From Dickeya solani IPO 2222 (GTDB lineage Bacteria > Pseudomonadota > Gammaproteobacteria > Enterobacterales > Enterobacteriaceae): 32,000 nt of DNA. The notes under the pieces were generated by a model. That model did not search any database and was not told the DNA's origin. It was given only the letters and a program-made list of their open reading frames with translations. The position numbers and the translations under genes were made by a program. The stretch is from contig NZ_CP015137.1 of assembly GCF_001644705.1 (NCBI RefSeq), positions 2,820,001 to 2,852,000 of the forward strand. Direction: 5' to 3'. Shown in pieces: positions 18,152 through 29,771 of this stretch (positions within the stretch are counted from its first letter, which is position 1; every line of letters begins with the position of its first letter).

Positions 18152-20095
18152 ATGGCGAAAAACCTGATTCTCTGGTTGGTCATCGCGGTAGTGCTGATGT
18201 CCGTATTCCAGAGCTTTGGGCCCAGCGAGTCGAATGGCCGTAGGGTGGATTATTCAACCTTTTTGACTGAAGTGAATCAGGATCAGGTCCGTGAAGCGCG
18301 TATCAACGGGCGCGAGATCAATGTTGTCAAAAAAGACAGCAGCCGCTACACCACGTATATTCCTGTCAACGATCCTAAACTGCTGGATAACCTTCTGACC
18401 AAAAGTGTGAAAGTGGTTGGCGAACCGCCGGAAGAACCGAGCCTGCTGGCCTCGATCTTCATTTCCTGGTTCCCGATGCTGTTGCTGATTGGTGTCTGGA
18501 TTTTCTTTATGCGCCAGATGCAGGGCGGAGGCGGAAAAGGTGCCATGTCTTTTGGTAAAAGCAAGGCACGGATGCTGACGGAAGATCAGATTAAAACCAC
18601 GTTCGCCGATGTGGCGGGCTGTGATGAAGCCAAAGACGAAGTTGCCGAGCTGGTGGAGTACCTGCGCGAGCCGAGCCGCTTTCAGAAACTGGGCGGTAAA
18701 ATTCCGAAAGGCGTGCTGATGGTCGGCCCGCCGGGGACCGGTAAAACTTTGCTGGCGAAAGCCATTGCCGGCGAAGCCAAAGTGCCGTTTTTCACCATTT
18801 CCGGTTCTGACTTCGTAGAAATGTTTGTGGGTGTCGGTGCTTCTCGCGTGCGTGACATGTTCGAGCAGGCGAAGAAAGCGGCACCCTGTATCATCTTTAT
18901 CGATGAAATCGACGCCGTGGGCCGCCAGCGTGGCGCGGGTCTGGGCGGTGGTCATGACGAACGTGAACAGACGCTGAACCAGATGCTGGTTGAGATGGAT
19001 GGTTTTGAAGGCAACGAAGGTATCATCGTTATCGCCGCGACTAACCGTCCTGACGTGCTGGATCCGGCGCTGCTGCGTCCCGGTCGTTTTGACCGTCAGG
19101 TGGTGGTCGGTCTGCCGGATGTCCGTGGACGTGAACAGATTCTGAAAGTCCATATGCGTCGCGTACCGCTGTCGCCGGATATTGATGCTTCCGTTATCGC
19201 ACGCGGCACGCCGGGCTTTTCAGGCGCAGATTTGGCTAACCTGGTGAACGAGGCTGCGCTGTTTGCGGCTCGTGGCAACCGTCGGGTGGTTTCGATGGTG
19301 GAATTCGAGAAGGCCAAGGACAAAATCATGATGGGGGCGGAACGCCGCTCTATGGTGATGACTGAAGCGCAGAAAGAGTCCACCGCTTATCACGAAGCTG
19401 GTCATGCGATTATCGGTCGTCTGGTGCCGGAGCACGATCCGGTGCACAAGGTGACAATCATCCCACGCGGTCGTGCTCTGGGTGTGACTTTCTTCCTGCC
19501 TGAGGGTGATGCAATCAGCGCCAGCCGTCAGAAACTGGAAAGCCAGATTTCTACGCTGTACGGCGGCCGTCTGGCTGAAGAAATTATCTACGGATCTGAG
19601 CATGTTTCTACCGGCGCTTCCAACGACATCAAAGTGGCCACATCCATCGCCCGCAACATGGTGACGCAATGGGGCTTTTCGGAAAAGCTGGGACCGTTGC
19701 TGTATGCGGAAGAAGAAGGCGAAGTGTTCCTCGGCCGCTCTGTAGCTAAAGCCAAGCATATGTCGGATGAAACGGCGCGTATCATTGATCAGGAAGTTAA
19801 GGCGCTGATTGAGCGTAACTATCAGCGTGCCCGCGAATTGCTGATGGCCAATATGGACATCCTGCATTCGATGAAGGACGCGTTGATGAAGTACGAGACT
19901 ATCGATGCGCCGCAAATCGATGATCTGATGTCGCGTAAAGACGTTCGTCCGCCAGCCGGCTGGGAAGAACCGACTTCGGGTAATAACTCTTCGTCGTCTG
20001 ATAATGGCGGGGCTCCCAAGGCGCCGACGCCGGCGGATGAACCTCATACGCCGACACCGGGCAATACCATGTCCGGGCCCTTGAACGACAAGTAA
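18152..20095 (+). CDS. ftsH: ATP-dependent zinc metalloprotease FtsH (HflB)
   Basis: The ORF begins [22 protein letters not shown] and carries Walker A GPPGTGKT, an SRH region and the HEAGH zinc site. An in-frame TTG at 18143 has better SD spacing (GAGG 7 nt upstream) and may be the true start. Confidence 0.98.
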   Translation: MAKNLILWLVIAVVLMSVFQSFGPSESNGRRVDYSTFLTEVNQDQVREARINGREINVVKKDSSRYTTYIPVNDPKLLDNLLTKSVKVVGEPPEEPSLLASIFISWFPMLLLIGVWIFFMRQMQGGGGKGAMSFGKSKARMLTEDQIKTTFADVAGCDEAKDEVAELVEYLREPSRFQKLGGKIPKGVLMVGPPGTGKTLLAKAIAGEAKVPFFTISGSDFVEMFVGVGASRVRDMFEQAKKAAPCIIFIDEIDAVGRQRGAGLGGGHDEREQTLNQMLVEMDGFEGNEGIIVIAATNRPDVLDPALLRPGRFDRQVVVGLPDVRGREQILKVHMRRVPLSPDIDASVIARGTPGFSGADLANLVNEAALFAARGNRRVVSMVEFEKAKDKIMMGAERRSMVMTEAQKESTAYHEAGHAIIGRLVPEHDPVHKVTIIPRGRALGVTFFLPEGDAISASRQKLESQISTLYGGRLAEEIIYGSEHVSTGASNDIKVATSIARNMVTQWGFSEKLGPLLYAEEEGEVFLGRSVAKAKHMSDETARIIDQEVKALIERNYQRARELLMANMDILHSMKDALMKYETIDAPQIDDLMSRKDVRPPAGWEEPTSGNNSSSSDNGGAPKAPTPADEPHTPTPGNTMSGPLNDK

Positions 20096-20132
20096 TGGTA
20101 TGACGGCCCCTGGCGGGCCACAGCTCCCTTCC

Positions 20133-20157
20133 AACCCCGGCTTGCCGGGGTTTTTTA
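20133..20157 (+). terminator. Intrinsic terminator after ftsH
   Basis: AACCCCGG-cttg-CCGGGGTT is followed by TTTTT. Confidence 0.8.
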
Positions 20158-20199
20158 CTCCGGGAAGGCCGCTGGTTGGATGAATTTGAGAAGCAAAAC

Positions 20200-21033
20200 A
20201 TGAAACTGAACGCTCGTGGATTGACGCTGGATCTCTCCTGTCCCCAAATTATGGGGATTTTGAATGTAACCCCGGATTCCTTCTCTGACGGCGGTAAACA
20301 CAACACGCTGAACACTGCTTTAATTCATGCCGAGCAAATGATTTCTGCTGGCGCCACTTTCATTGATGTGGGGGGCGAATCTACCCGACCGGGCGCAGAT
20401 GAAGTCAGCACCGATGAAGAGCTGGAGCGGGTTGTGCCGGTGGTGGAAGCGTTGGCGCAACGCTTTGAAACCTGGATTTCAGTGGATACGTCCAAGCCAG
20501 AAGTGATTACTGCCAGCGCGCAGGCCGGCGCGCACCTGATCAACGATATTCGGGCGCTTAGAGAACCGGGGGCGCTGGAGGCTGCGGCGGCAACAGGTCT
20601 TCCTGTGTGCCTGATGCATATGCAGGGATTGCCAAGAACCATGCAACATACGCCGCATTATGACGACGTGGTAGGTGAGGTTTCGGCGTTTTTTGAGCAT
20701 CATATTGCCCGTTGTGTCGCAGCCGGTATTCCGCGCGACCAGTTGTTGCTGGATCCAGGGTTCGGCTTTGGCAAGAATCTGCAGCATAATTATCGGTTGC
20801 TGGGGCACCTGGAAGAATTACATCGCTTCGGTTTGCCGTTGCTGGTTGGTATGTCCAGAAAAACCATGATTGGGCAATTGCTGGGTGTTCCGCCGCTCGA
20901 ACGGGTTCATGGCAGTGTCGCATGCGCGGTTATTGCCGCTATGAAGGGTGCCCATATTATCCGTGTCCATGATGTGAAAGCGACGGTGGATGCAATACGT
21001 GTAGTCGAAGCAACTCTATCAGCGAAGGAATAA
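20200..21033 (+). CDS. folP: Dihydropteroate synthase FolP
   Basis: Starting at [32 protein letters not shown]... (277 aa), the product is colinear with E. coli FolP. The TTG-initiated extension to 20176 is unsupported. Confidence 0.95.
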   Translation: MKLNARGLTLDLSCPQIMGILNVTPDSFSDGGKHNTLNTALIHAEQMISAGATFIDVGGESTRPGADEVSTDEELERVVPVVEALAQRFETWISVDTSKPEVITASAQAGAHLINDIRALREPGALEAAAATGLPVCLMHMQGLPRTMQHTPHYDDVVGEVSAFFEHHIARCVAAGIPRDQLLLDPGFGFGKNLQHNYRLLGHLEELHRFGLPLLVGMSRKTMIGQLLGVPPLERVHGSVACAVIAAMKGAHIIRVHDVKATVDAIRVVEATLSAKE

Positions 21034-21041
21034 CAACAATT

Positions 21042-22379
21042 ATGAGTAGCCGCAAATATTTTGGCACTGACGGTATTCGGGGCAAAGTGGGCGATCTGCC
21101 GATTACGCCTGATTTTGTATTGAAGCTGGGGTGGGCTGCCGGCAAAGTTCTGGCGCGTCACGGTTCCAGAAAAATTATTATTGGCAAAGATACCCGTATT
21201 TCCGGTTATATGCTGGAGTCTGCGCTTGAGGCTGGGCTGGCGGCGGCTGGCTTGTCCGCATCGTTCACCGGACCTATGCCAACTCCGGCGGTGGCTTATC
21301 TGACCCGCACCTTTCGTGCTGAGGCCGGGATCGTGATTTCGGCGTCGCATAACCCCTACTACGACAACGGCATCAAGTTCTTTTCGATTGACGGCACCAA
21401 GTTGCCGGACGAAGTAGAGGAGGCGATCGAAGCAGAAATGGAAAAACCATTGACCTGCGTCGAATCCGCCGAATTGGGCAAAGCGAACCGTATCGTTGAT
21501 GCCGCCGGGCGCTATATCGAATTTTGTAAAGGCACGTTTCCCAGTGAACTGAGCCTCAGCGGCCTTAAAATTGTGGTGGATTGCGCCAATGGCGCCACCT
21601 ACCACATTGCGCCCAGCGTGCTGCGTGAATTAGGTGCCCGAGTGATTGCCATTGGTTGTGAACCTGATGGCATGAACATCAATGAACAGTGCGGAGCTAC
21701 TGACGTCACGCAGTTGCAGGCGCGAGTGCTGTCTGAAAAAGCGGATGTCGGTCTGGCATTTGATGGTGATGGCGATCGCCTGATTATGGTCGACCATCAG
21801 GGCAATAAAGTCGATGGTGATCAAATCCTTTATATCATCGCGCGCGAAGCGTTGCGTCAGGGGCAACTGCGCGGTGGCGCGGTCGGTACATTGATGAGCA
21901 ACATGGGGCTGGAGCTGGCGCTAAAACAGTTAGGCGTCCCGTTTGCCCGTGCCAAGGTGGGAGACCGCTACGTGCTGGAATTGATGCAATCAAAAGGCTG
22001 GCGTCTGGGTGCGGAAAATTCAGGCCACGTTATTCTGTTGGATAAAACCACGACCGGTGATGGCGTTATCGCTGGCTTGCAGGTACTGACAGCCATGGTC
22101 CGCAACCATATGAGCCTGCATGACCTGTGCAGCGGCATGAAACTCTTTCCACAAATACTGGTCAATGTGCACTTTTCAGGGGAAGGTGACCCGCTGGAAA
22201 GCGAGTCAGTGAAACAGGCCACACAAGCAGTGGAAGAGCAATTGGCCGGTCGTGGCCGGGTACTGCTGCGCAAATCCGGTACTGAACCCTTGATCCGGGT
22301 AATGGTGGAAGGGGAAGACGAAACGACGGTTACGCAGATGGCAAACCGAATTGCCGATGCGGTAAAAGCGGCCGGTTAA
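21042..22379 (+). CDS. glmM: Phosphoglucosamine mutase GlmM
   Basis: The 445-aa ORF has the active-site phosphoserine motif [16 protein letters not shown] and the metal-binding motif FDGDGDR. Confidence 0.98.
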   Translation: MSSRKYFGTDGIRGKVGDLPITPDFVLKLGWAAGKVLARHGSRKIIIGKDTRISGYMLESALEAGLAAAGLSASFTGPMPTPAVAYLTRTFRAEAGIVISASHNPYYDNGIKFFSIDGTKLPDEVEEAIEAEMEKPLTCVESAELGKANRIVDAAGRYIEFCKGTFPSELSLSGLKIVVDCANGATYHIAPSVLRELGARVIAIGCEPDGMNINEQCGATDVTQLQARVLSEKADVGLAFDGDGDRLIMVDHQGNKVDGDQILYIIAREALRQGQLRGGAVGTLMSNMGLELALKQLGVPFARAKVGDRYVLELMQSKGWRLGAENSGHVILLDKTTTGDGVIAGLQVLTAMVRNHMSLHDLCSGMKLFPQILVNVHFSGEGDPLESESVKQATQAVEEQLAGRGRVLLRKSGTEPLIRVMVEGEDETTVTQMANRIADAVKAAG

Positions 22380-22541
22380 GCGGCAGAATAACGCCCGACA
22401 GTGTGACTGGCAGCGATGTCCGTCACGCTGTGTGATAGCGTGAAATACTGTGTAATTCAGTCGGCTAATCAGCATGTTCCGGTCTTGGCTTTTCCGGTCG
22501 CTGGTTTTTTCCTCAATCAGTGAGCTGGCGCCAAATTACCC

Positions 22542-22570
22542 TTGCGTACACCCGATGCTTTAGTTAGTAT
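22542..22570 (+). promoter_or_regulatory. Candidate sigma70 promoter for secG-leuU
   Basis: TTGCGT-17 bp-TAGTAT lies about 110 nt upstream of the secG ATG. Confidence 0.5.
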
Positions 22571-22681
22571 TCAGACCCGCTTTATAGGGGAGTTGTCTCT
22601 CCTGATGCGGGTTGTCGCGGGTAAGCCGCAAGAATTAGCGATGCCTCGCCAGGTGGTGGGGATAAATAACAGGTACAACCT

Positions 22682-23017
22682 ATGTACGAAGCTCTTCTGA
22701 TAATTTTCCTGATTGTGGCGATTGGCCTGGTTGGTCTTATCATGCTGCAGCAAGGTAAAGGTGCAGATATGGGAGCGTCGTTCGGAGCAGGTGCTTCCGC
22801 TACCTTGTTTGGTTCGAGCGGATCCGGCAATTTCATGACCCGAATGACGGCGCTGTTTGCCACGCTGTTTTTCGTACTCAGCCTGATTCTGGGGAACATG
22901 AGTTCCGACCACAGCAAGAAAAGCAGTGAGTGGGAAAGCCTGAGTCAGCCGGCTGCGGCCGAAAAAGCCCAGCAGTCAAAAGCACCGGCTGCACCGTCAA
23001 GCGATATTCCTAAATAA
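22682..23017 (+). CDS. secG: Preprotein translocase subunit SecG
   Basis: The 111-aa ORF MYEALLIIFLIVAIGLVGLIMLQQGKGADMGASFGAGASATLFGSSGSGNFMTRMTA... has the typical SecG two-TM architecture. Confidence 0.95.
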   Translation: MYEALLIIFLIVAIGLVGLIMLQQGKGADMGASFGAGASATLFGSSGSGNFMTRMTALFATLFFVLSLILGNMSSDHSKKSSEWESLSQPAAAEKAQQSKAPAAPSSDIPK

Positions 23018-23073
23018 TCGCGGACGTTTTATCAGCGGATACAACGCTGCTGATGATAAAAAGCAATTTTGAT

Positions 23074-23160
23074 GCCGAGGTGGTGGAATTGGTAGACACG
23101 CTACCTTGAGGTGGTAGTGCCCGATTGGGCTTACGGGTTCAAGTCCCGTCCTCGGTACCA
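23074..23160 (+). tRNA. leuU: tRNA-Leu (GAG)
   Basis: GCCGAGGTGGTGGAATTGGTAGACACGCTACCTTGAGGTGGTAGTGCCCGATTGGGCTTACGGGTTCAAGTCCCGTCCTCGGTACCA is 87 nt with a long variable arm, anticodon GAG and an encoded CCA. It lies downstream of secG as in E. coli. Confidence 0.97.
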
Positions 23161-23174
23161 ATCCTATAGATAAC

Positions 23175-23203
23175 TTGCATTTTCGAAGTTGTCGGCGTAG
23201 TAT
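23175..23203 (+). promoter_or_regulatory. Candidate sigma70 promoter for the metY-rimP-nusA-infB operon
   Basis: TTGCAT-17 bp-TAGTAT has its -10 element ending 16 nt before the tRNA 5' end. The -35 element begins only 14 nt after the leuU CCA. Confidence 0.6.
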
Positions 23204-23219
23204 TTGCCACGTTTTCGGA

Positions 23220-23296
<77 letters not shown>

Positions 23297-23431
23297 CTTA
23301 ACTTCCCAGTAAAGTTTTTTTTCAAATAAACTGTATTGCATCAAGCGCATTATCTACGGTGAATTCTGAAAGAATACTTGATGGTAGTTATACCGCAGCA
23401 GTTTGCGGTAAATAGGGTCCAGTTGCACAAA

Positions 23432-23456
23432 GCCCCGATATATCGGGGTTTTTTGT
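23432..23456 (+). terminator. Intrinsic terminator/attenuator in the metY-rimP leader (t1)
   Basis: CCCCGATATATCGGGG (palindromic stem) is followed by TTTTTTGTT. Confidence 0.8.
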
Positions 23457-23476
23457 TATCTGACAGCAGAATTACT

Positions 23477-23498
23477 GGGCTATTAAGCCCTTTTTTTA
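23477..23498 (+). terminator. Second leader hairpin plus T-run just before rimP (t2-like)
   Basis: GGGCT-atta-AGCCC is followed by TTTTTTTAT, ending about 17 nt before the rimP start. Confidence 0.55.
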
Positions 23499-23514
23499 TG
23501 TCTTGGGGGTGGAC

Positions 23515-23967
23515 TTGTCCACATTAGAACAAAAGTTAACAGAGATGATTTCGGCACCTGTTGAAGCCCTTGGCTATGAGCTGGTGGGCATTGAGTTCAT
23601 CCGGGGACGCCAGTCGACACTGCGAATCTATATTGATAGTGAAGATGGCATCACTGTTGATGATTGTGCTGATGTTAGCCACCAGGTCAGTGCGGTACTG
23701 GATGTTGAGGATCCCATATCCGTTGCCTATAACCTGGAAGTGTCGTCGCCGGGCCTGGAACGGCCGCTCTTTACCGCTGCGCATTACGAGCATTTTGTGG
23801 GTGAAGAAGTTAGCCTGGTGCTACGCATGGCGGTGCAGAATCGCCGTAAGTGGCAGGGCATCATCAAATCCATTGAGGGCGAGATGATCACCGTAACAGT
23901 GGAAGGCAAAGATGAAGTGTTCGCGCTGAGCAATATCCAGAAGGCGAACCTGGTACCCCACTTTTAA
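23515..23967 (+). CDS. rimP: Ribosome maturation factor RimP
   Basis: (M)[44 protein letters not shown]... is colinear with E. coli RimP. It has a non-ATG start. TTG at 23515 is favoured (GGGGGTGG SD just upstream), and TTG 23503 or GTG 23509 are alternatives. Confidence 0.9.
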   Translation: MSTLEQKLTEMISAPVEALGYELVGIEFIRGRQSTLRIYIDSEDGITVDDCADVSHQVSAVLDVEDPISVAYNLEVSSPGLERPLFTAAHYEHFVGEEVSLVLRMAVQNRRKWQGIIKSIEGEMITVTVEGKDEVFALSNIQKANLVPHF

Positions 23968-23988
23968 AGTTTGGATGAGGCAACTAGG

Positions 23989-25479
23989 ATGAATAAAGAG
24001 ATTCTGGCTGTTGTTGAAGCGGTTTCTAATGAAAAAGCCGTGCCGCGTGAAAAGATTTTTGAAGCGCTGGAGACTGCACTGGCGACAGCGACCAAGAAAA
24101 AGTACGAGCAGGAGATTGATGTTCGTGTCTGTATCGATCGCAAAACCGGCGATTTCGATACCTTCCGTCGTTGGCTGATTGTGAACGAAGTCACCCAGCC
24201 GACACGCGAAATCACCCTGGAAGCGGCGCAGTTTGAAGAGCCGAGTTTGGAGCTGGGTGGTTACGTCGAAGATCAGATCGAATCCGTCACTTTCGACCGC
24301 ATCACCACTCAGACTGCCAAGCAGGTTATCGTGCAGAAAGTGCGCGAAGCCGAGCGCGCCATGGTCGTTGACCAGTTCCGCGAACAGGAAGGCGAGATTG
24401 TCACCGGTGTGGTCAAAAAAGTTAACCGTGATAACATCTCGCTGGATTTGGGCAGCAATGCTGAAGCTGTCATCGGCCGTGAAGACATGTTGCCGCGTGA
24501 GAATTTCCGTCCGGGCGACCGTATCCGCGGCGTATTGTATGCCGTTCGCCCAGAAGCGCGCGGGGCGCAGCTGTTTGTGAGTCGTTCCCGTCCCGAAATG
24601 CTGATTGAACTGTTCCGTATCGAAGTGCCGGAAATCGGCGAAGAAGTTATTGAGATCAAAGCCGCTGCCCGCGATCCGGGTTCCCGCGCTAAAATTGCGG
24701 TCAAAACCAACGATAAGCGTATTGATCCAGTCGGTGCATGCGTGGGGATGCGCGGCGCGCGCGTTCAGGCGGTATCCAGCGAACTGGGTGGCGAGCGTAT
24801 CGATATCGTTCTGTGGGACGATAATCCGGCGCAGTTTGTTATTAACGCCATGGCACCAGCTGATGTGGCGTCCATTGTGGTCGATGAAGACAAGCACACT
24901 ATGGACATCGCGGTTGAAGCCGGCAATCTGGCGCAGGCCATCGGCCGCAACGGTCAGAACGTTCGTCTGGCTTCTCAACTGAGCGGTTGGGAACTGAACG
25001 TAATGACGGTTGAAGATCTGCAGGCGAAACACCAGGCAGAGGCTCATGCCGCTATCGATGTTTTCACCAAGCATCTGGATATTGACGAAGAGTTCGCGAC
25101 GGCGCTGGTTGAAGAAGGCTTCTCTTCGCTGGAAGAGTTGGCTTATGTGCCAATCCATGAGCTGCAGGAGATCGATGGTCTGGATGAAGAAACCATCGAA
25201 GCTCTGCGTGAGCGTGCAAAAGCGGCGCTGACCACGCTGGCTCTGGCGAATGAAGAAAACCGCGGTAATGGTCAGCCAGCGGAAGATTTGCTCAATTTAT
25301 CTGGTCTGTCACGCGAGCTGGCGTTTAAACTGGCCGCCCGTGGTGTTTGCACGCTGGAAGATCTTGCTGAGCAGGGCGTCGACGACCTGGCAGATATTGA
25401 AGGGCTTGATGAAGAACAAGCCGGTGAGCTGATTATGGCTGCACGTAATATCTGTTGGTTTGGTGGCAGTAACGAATAA
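23989..25479 (+). CDS. nusA: Transcription termination/antitermination factor NusA
   Basis: Starting at [47 protein letters not shown]... (496 aa), the product is colinear with E. coli NusA (S1, KH1/KH2, AR1/AR2). A GAGG SD lies 8 nt upstream. Confidence 0.98.
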   Translation: MNKEILAVVEAVSNEKAVPREKIFEALETALATATKKKYEQEIDVRVCIDRKTGDFDTFRRWLIVNEVTQPTREITLEAAQFEEPSLELGGYVEDQIESVTFDRITTQTAKQVIVQKVREAERAMVVDQFREQEGEIVTGVVKKVNRDNISLDLGSNAEAVIGREDMLPRENFRPGDRIRGVLYAVRPEARGAQLFVSRSRPEMLIELFRIEVPEIGEEVIEIKAAARDPGSRAKIAVKTNDKRIDPVGACVGMRGARVQAVSSELGGERIDIVLWDDNPAQFVINAMAPADVASIVVDEDKHTMDIAVEAGNLAQAIGRNGQNVRLASQLSGWELNVMTVEDLQAKHQAEAHAAIDVFTKHLDIDEEFATALVEEGFSSLEELAYVPIHELQEIDGLDEETIEALRERAKAALTTLALANEENRGNGQPAEDLLNLSGLSRELAFKLAARGVCTLEDLAEQGVDDLADIEGLDEEQAGELIMAARNICWFGGSNE

Positions 25480-25504
25480 CGAACTGTAGCAGGAAAGGAA
25501 CAGC

Positions 25505-28222
25505 ATGACAGATGTAACCCTAAAATCACTGGCCGCAGAGATTCAGACGCCGGTTGACCGCCTGATACAGCAATTTGCTGATGCGGGAATCACCAAGTCT
25601 GCGTCGGACTCTGTGACTCAGAATGAGAAAGAAACACTGCTGGCGCACCTGAACCGCGAACGCGGCGGCGCGCCAGGAAAATTGACACTGCAGCGTAAAA
25701 CACGTAGCACTTTAAATATACCCAGCACCGGTGGTAAGAGTAAATCGGTGCAGATCGAAGTCCGCAAGAAGCGTACCTATGTAAAACGCGATCCTCACGA
25801 CGAGCAGCAGGCTGCAGCGGAGGAAGAGCAGGCACGGCGTGAAGCGGAAGAACAGGCGCAACGCGCAGCCGAAGATCAAGCCAAACGCGAGGCCGAAGAA
25901 AAGGCCAAACGTGAGGAAGAAGAGAAGGCAAAGCGCGCTGTTGCTGAAGAGCAAGCCAAACGTGAGGCCGCTGAAAAAGCTAAGCGTGACGTAGCGGAAA
26001 AAGAGAAAGTGAGCAACCAACAAAACGATAGTATGACTAAACCAGCTCAGGCTGAGAAAGCGCGTCGCGAAGCGGAAGCGGCTGAACTCAAGCATAAGGC
26101 GGAAGAAGCGGCTCGTCGTAAGGTCGAGGAAGAAGCTCGTCGTATCGCAGAAGAGGCTCGCCAGATGGCAGAAGAAAATGCCGGACGTTGGGAAAAAGAA
26201 GGCGAGAAGAGCACCGAGGACGCTGATTACCACGTAACCACCTCTCATCACGCGCGTGAAGCGGAAGATGAGAATGATCGTCAGGTGGAAGGGGATCGCC
26301 GTGGTCGCGGCCGTAGCAGCAAGGTTACCAAACAGAAGAAAGGCAACCGTCTGTCCGAATCGAAAGCCGATCGCGAAGAAGCCCGTGCGGTGACTCGCGG
26401 TGGTAAGGGCAAACGTAAGCCGAGTTCCCTGCAACAGGGCTTCAACAAGCCGGTGCAAGCGGTCAACCGCGACGTGGTGATTGGCGAAACCATTACTGTG
26501 GCCGAGCTGGCGAACAAGATGGCCGTCAAAGGTTCTCAGGTTATCAAAGCCATGATGAAACTGGGCGCGATGGCCACCATCAACCAGGTTATCGATCAGG
26601 AAACCGCGCAGATGGTCGCGGAAGAGATGGGTCATAAGGTGATCCTGCGCCGTGAAAACGAGCTGGAAGAAGCGGTAATGAGCGACCGTGATACCGGTTT
26701 ATCCTCCGCCGAATCGCGCGCGCCGGTAGTGACCATCATGGGCCACGTTGACCACGGTAAGACCTCGTTGCTGGACTACATCCGTTCCACCAAGGTGGCG
26801 GCTGGCGAGGCTGGCGGTATTACCCAGCATATCGGTGCCTATCACGTTGAAACTGATAACGGCATGATTACCTTCCTGGATACGCCGGGGCACGCCGCGT
26901 TTACCGCCATGCGTGCGCGTGGCGCACAGGCTACGGATATCGTGGTGCTGGTAGTGGCCGCTGATGACGGTGTGATGCCTCAGACCATCGAAGCTGTTCA
27001 GCATGCCAAGGCCGCCAAGGTACCGGTGGTGGTTGCTGTAAACAAAATCGACAAACCGGAAGCCGATCCGGATCGCGTCAAGAACGAACTGTCCCAGTAC
27101 GGCATCATGCCGGAAGAGTGGGGCGGTGAATCCCAGTTTGTACATGTATCCGCCAAAAGCGGCGAAGGCATTGATGAACTGCTGGAAGCCATTTTGCTGC
27201 AGGCCGAAGTTCTGGAACTGAAAGCCATTCGCAGCGGCATGGCCAGCGGCGTGGTGATCGAGTCCTTCCTGGACAAAGGCCGTGGCCCGGTAGCGAGCGT
27301 GTTGGTGCGCGAAGGTACGCTGAACAAGGGCGACATCGTTCTGTGCGGTTTCGAATACGGCCGCGTGCGTGCCATGCGTGACGAACTGGGTCGTGAAATT
27401 ACCGAAGCGGGTCCGTCCATTCCGGTGGAAATTCTGGGTCTGTCCGGTGTACCGGCAGCCGGTGACGAAGCGACAGTCGTGCGTGACGAGAAGAAAGCTC
27501 GTGAAGTGGCGCTTTACCGTCAGGGTAAGTTCCGCGAAGTGAAGCTGGCGCGTCAGCAGAAGTCCAAGCTGGAAAATATGTTCGCCAACATGACCGAAGG
27601 CGAAGTTTCCGAACTGAACATTGTAATGAAAGCCGATGTTCAGGGGTCTGTGGAAGCGATTTCCGATTCGTTGCAAAAATTGTCCACCGACGAAGTCAAA
27701 GTCAAGATCGTGGGTTCCGGCGTGGGTGGGATCACCGAGACCGATGCCACGTTGGCCGCGGCATCCAATGCGATCATTCTTGGCTTTAACGTGCGTGCGG
27801 ATGCCTCTGCCCGCCGTATCGTCGAGGCGGAAGGCTTGGATCTGCGTTACTACTCCGTCATCTATGACCTGATCGACGAAGTGAAGCAGGCGATGAGCGG
27901 TATGCTGGCGCCGGAATACAAGCAGGAAATTATCGGCCTGGCGGAAGTGCGCGATGTGTTCAAGTCACCGAAGTTTGGCGCGATTGCCGGCTGTATGGTG
28001 ACCGAAGGTGTGGTGAAACGTCACAGCCCAATCCGCGTGCTGCGTGACAACGTGGTTATTTTTGAAGGCGAGCTGGAATCCTTGCGCCGCTTCAAAGACG
28101 ACGTCAACGAAGTCCGTAATGGTATGGAATGTGGTATCGGCGTGAAGAACTACAATGACGTTCGCACCGGTGATGCGATCGAAGTGTTTGAAACTATTGA
28201 GATCAAACGCACCATCGACTGA
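25505..28222 (+). CDS. infB: Translation initiation factor IF-2
   Basis: The 905-aa ORF has an E/K/A-rich N-terminal repeat region, a G domain ([21 protein letters not shown]) and C-terminal domains colinear with E. coli IF2. Confidence 0.99.
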   Translation: MTDVTLKSLAAEIQTPVDRLIQQFADAGITKSASDSVTQNEKETLLAHLNRERGGAPGKLTLQRKTRSTLNIPSTGGKSKSVQIEVRKKRTYVKRDPHDEQQAAAEEEQARREAEEQAQRAAEDQAKREAEEKAKREEEEKAKRAVAEEQAKREAAEKAKRDVAEKEKVSNQQNDSMTKPAQAEKARREAEAAELKHKAEEAARRKVEEEARRIAEEARQMAEENAGRWEKEGEKSTEDADYHVTTSHHAREAEDENDRQVEGDRRGRGRSSKVTKQKKGNRLSESKADREEARAVTRGGKGKRKPSSLQQGFNKPVQAVNRDVVIGETITVAELANKMAVKGSQVIKAMMKLGAMATINQVIDQETAQMVAEEMGHKVILRRENELEEAVMSDRDTGLSSAESRAPVVTIMGHVDHGKTSLLDYIRSTKVAAGEAGGITQHIGAYHVETDNGMITFLDTPGHAAFTAMRARGAQATDIVVLVVAADDGVMPQTIEAVQHAKAAKVPVVVAVNKIDKPEADPDRVKNELSQYGIMPEEWGGESQFVHVSAKSGEGIDELLEAILLQAEVLELKAIRSGMASGVVIESFLDKGRGPVASVLVREGTLNKGDIVLCGFEYGRVRAMRDELGREITEAGPSIPVEILGLSGVPAAGDEATVVRDEKKAREVALYRQGKFREVKLARQQKSKLENMFANMTEGEVSELNIVMKADVQGSVEAISDSLQKLSTDEVKVKIVGSGVGGITETDATLAAASNAIILGFNVRADASARRIVEAEGLDLRYYSVIYDLIDEVKQAMSGMLAPEYKQEIIGLAEVRDVFKSPKFGAIAGCMVTEGVVKRHSPIRVLRDNVVIFEGELESLRRFKDDVNEVRNGMECGIGVKNYNDVRTGDAIEVFETIEIKRTID

Positions 28223-28255
28223 TACGTGCAGTAACGTACCTGATGTTTTCATGCT

Positions 28256-28283
28256 GGGGGGCCGAGTGCCCCCCGATTTTTCT
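28256..28283 (+). terminator. Hairpin plus T-run between infB and rbfA (partial terminator/attenuator)
   Basis: GGGGGGC-cgagt-GCCCCCC is followed by GATTTTTCTCT, 14 nt before the rbfA ATG. Confidence 0.6.
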
Positions 28284-28296
28284 CTGAGGATTCATC

Positions 28297-28698
28297 ATGG
28301 CAAAAGAATTCAGCCGCACGCAGCGTGTGGCGCAGGAAATGCAAAAAGAAATCGCCATTATCATTCAGCGTGAAGTGAAAGATCCGCGTGTGGGCATGGC
28401 GACGGTATCCGGCGTGGAAGTGTCGCGCGATTTGGCTTACGCCAAAGTGTTTGTGACCTTTCTGAATGACAACGAACCGGAGCAGGTCAAAGCCGGGGTA
28501 AAAGCGTTGCAGGATGCGTCCGGTTTTATCCGTATGTTGTTGGGTAAGGCCATGCGTCTGCGTGTCGTGCCGGAACTGACCTTCTCCTATGACAATTCTC
28601 TGGTGGAAGGGATGCGGATGTCCAATCTGGTGACCAACGTGGTCAGACGTGATGCGGAACGTCGTCCCCCTGCCGCAGATGATGAGCAGGAGGGGTAA
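28297..28698 (+). CDS. rbfA: Ribosome-binding factor A
   Basis: The 133-aa [58 protein letters not shown]... matches RbfA. Confidence 0.97.
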   Translation: MAKEFSRTQRVAQEMQKEIAIIIQREVKDPRVGMATVSGVEVSRDLAYAKVFVTFLNDNEPEQVKAGVKALQDASGFIRMLLGKAMRLRVVPELTFSYDNSLVEGMRMSNLVTNVVRRDAERRPPAADDEQEG

Positions 28699-29654
28699 TG
28701 TCGCGTCCTCGTCGTCGCGGCCGGGATATCCACGGCATTTTGCTGCTGGATAAACCGCAAGGAGCATCGTCTAACGATGTGCTGCAGAAGGTAAAACGCC
28801 TCTTTAATGCCAACAAAGCTGGGCATACTGGCGCGTTGGATCCGCTGGCGACCGGCATGCTGCCGGTATGTCTGGGTGAAGCGACCAAGTTTTCCCAGTA
28901 CCTGCTGGATGCCGATAAACGCTACCGGGTGATTGCTCGCCTGGGGCAGCGCACGGATACCTCGGATGCCGATGGTAATGTGATCCAGGAACGCCCGGTA
29001 GCCTTTACCCATGACCTCCTGATGCAGGCGCTGGACAGTTTCCGTGGCAATACCCAACAAGTGCCGTCAATGTATTCCGCATTGAAATATCAGGGTCGCC
29101 CGCTGTACGAATATGCGCGTCAGGGGTTAGTCGTGCCGCGTGAAGCGCGTGATATCACAGTGTATGAGTTGCAGTTTATCCGTTGGGAACAGGATGAGCT
29201 GGAACTGGAAATCCATTGTTCCAAGGGAACTTACATCCGCACCATTATTGATGACCTGGGCGAGAAGCTGGGGTGTGGCGCCCATGTGATTTACCTGCGC
29301 CGGTTGCAGGTGGCGACTTATCCGATCGAGCGGATGGTGACCCTGGAACAGTTACAGGCGTTGCGCGAGCAGGCGGAAGCGCAGGATCAGCCGATCGGCG
29401 AGTTGCTGGATGTGCTGTTGTTGCCGATGGATACTGCTGTGCAGGCGTTTCCGGAAGTTAATCTGTCGCCGGTGGTGGCGGGTTATCTCAAGCTGGGGCA
29501 GGCGGTACGTGCCGCCGATACGCCGGCTGACGGTATGGTGCGTATCACCGAGGGTGACGCACGCCGGTTTATCGGTATGGGGGAAATTGATGACGAAGGT
29601 CGGGTCGCGCCGCGTCGTCTGGTAGTGGAAAACCCTGTGTCGGTGGATGCCTGA
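28698..29654 (+). CDS. truB: tRNA pseudouridine-55 synthase TruB
   Basis: The 318-aa ORF begins [56 protein letters not shown], which includes the catalytic Asp motif. Its ATG overlaps the rbfA stop (TAATG). Confidence 0.97.
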   Translation: MSRPRRRGRDIHGILLLDKPQGASSNDVLQKVKRLFNANKAGHTGALDPLATGMLPVCLGEATKFSQYLLDADKRYRVIARLGQRTDTSDADGNVIQERPVAFTHDLLMQALDSFRGNTQQVPSMYSALKYQGRPLYEYARQGLVVPREARDITVYELQFIRWEQDELELEIHCSKGTYIRTIIDDLGEKLGCGAHVIYLRRLQVATYPIERMVTLEQLQALREQAEAQDQPIGELLDVLLLPMDTAVQAFPEVNLSPVVAGYLKLGQAVRAADTPADGMVRITEGDARRFIGMGEIDDEGRVAPRRLVVENPVSVDA

Positions 29655-29659
29655 GCGCC

Positions 29660-29688
29660 TTGCGATTACATGGCGCTGAGAGTAAAAT
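29660..29688 (+). promoter_or_regulatory. Candidate sigma70 promoter for rpsO
   Basis: TTGCGA-17 bp-TAAAAT would give a leader of about 65-70 nt, leaving room for the S15 operator structure. Confidence 0.55.
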
Positions 29689-29716
29689 AACGCGGCTTAA
29701 ATACTGGGCAGCTGAA

Positions 29717-29771
29717 TTAGAGATCGGCGCCTGTTCTATCTATAATATTTTGGAGTAAATCATGTCTCTAA
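29717..29771 (+). promoter_or_regulatory. Candidate S15 translational operator (leader/start-codon long-range pairing, pseudoknot-type)
   Basis: The leader TTAGAGA (29717-29723) is exactly complementary to TCTCTAA (29765-29771), which immediately follows the rpsO ATG. The SD GGAG (29752-29755) lies between them. This is consistent with the autoregulatory pseudoknot described for E. coli rpsO. Confidence 0.4.

Noticed and set aside
18254-20134. Minus-strand ORFs of 299 and 304 aa inside ftsH. Similar long antisense ORFs lie inside infB (25712-26635, 26699-27676), obgE (13950-14606), glmM/folP (20907-21605) and dacB (15009-15620).
   Set aside because: All lie opposite well-supported conserved genes and show the biased composition typical of antisense frames in GC-rich third-position coding DNA.
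22400-22520. Several short hairpins after glmM (TCACGCT-7 nt-AGCGTGA, and a CCGGTC direct repeat followed by a T6 run) as a glmM terminator.
   Set aside because: The good stem lacks a U-tract and the U-tract lacks a good stem. No canonical intrinsic terminator could be assembled, so termination may be Rho-dependent.
23821-25158. 445-aa minus-strand ORF antisense to rimP/nusA.
   Set aside because: It is a shadow ORF opposite the unambiguous nusA gene. It has no RBS or start context and a nonsense-like composition.
29741-29746. Perfect TATAAT hexamer 16 nt upstream of the rpsO ATG.
   Set aside because: A start site 7 nt downstream would fall inside the SD and leave no leader for the S15 operator. 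The upstream TTGCGA-17-TAAAAT is the more coherent promoter.
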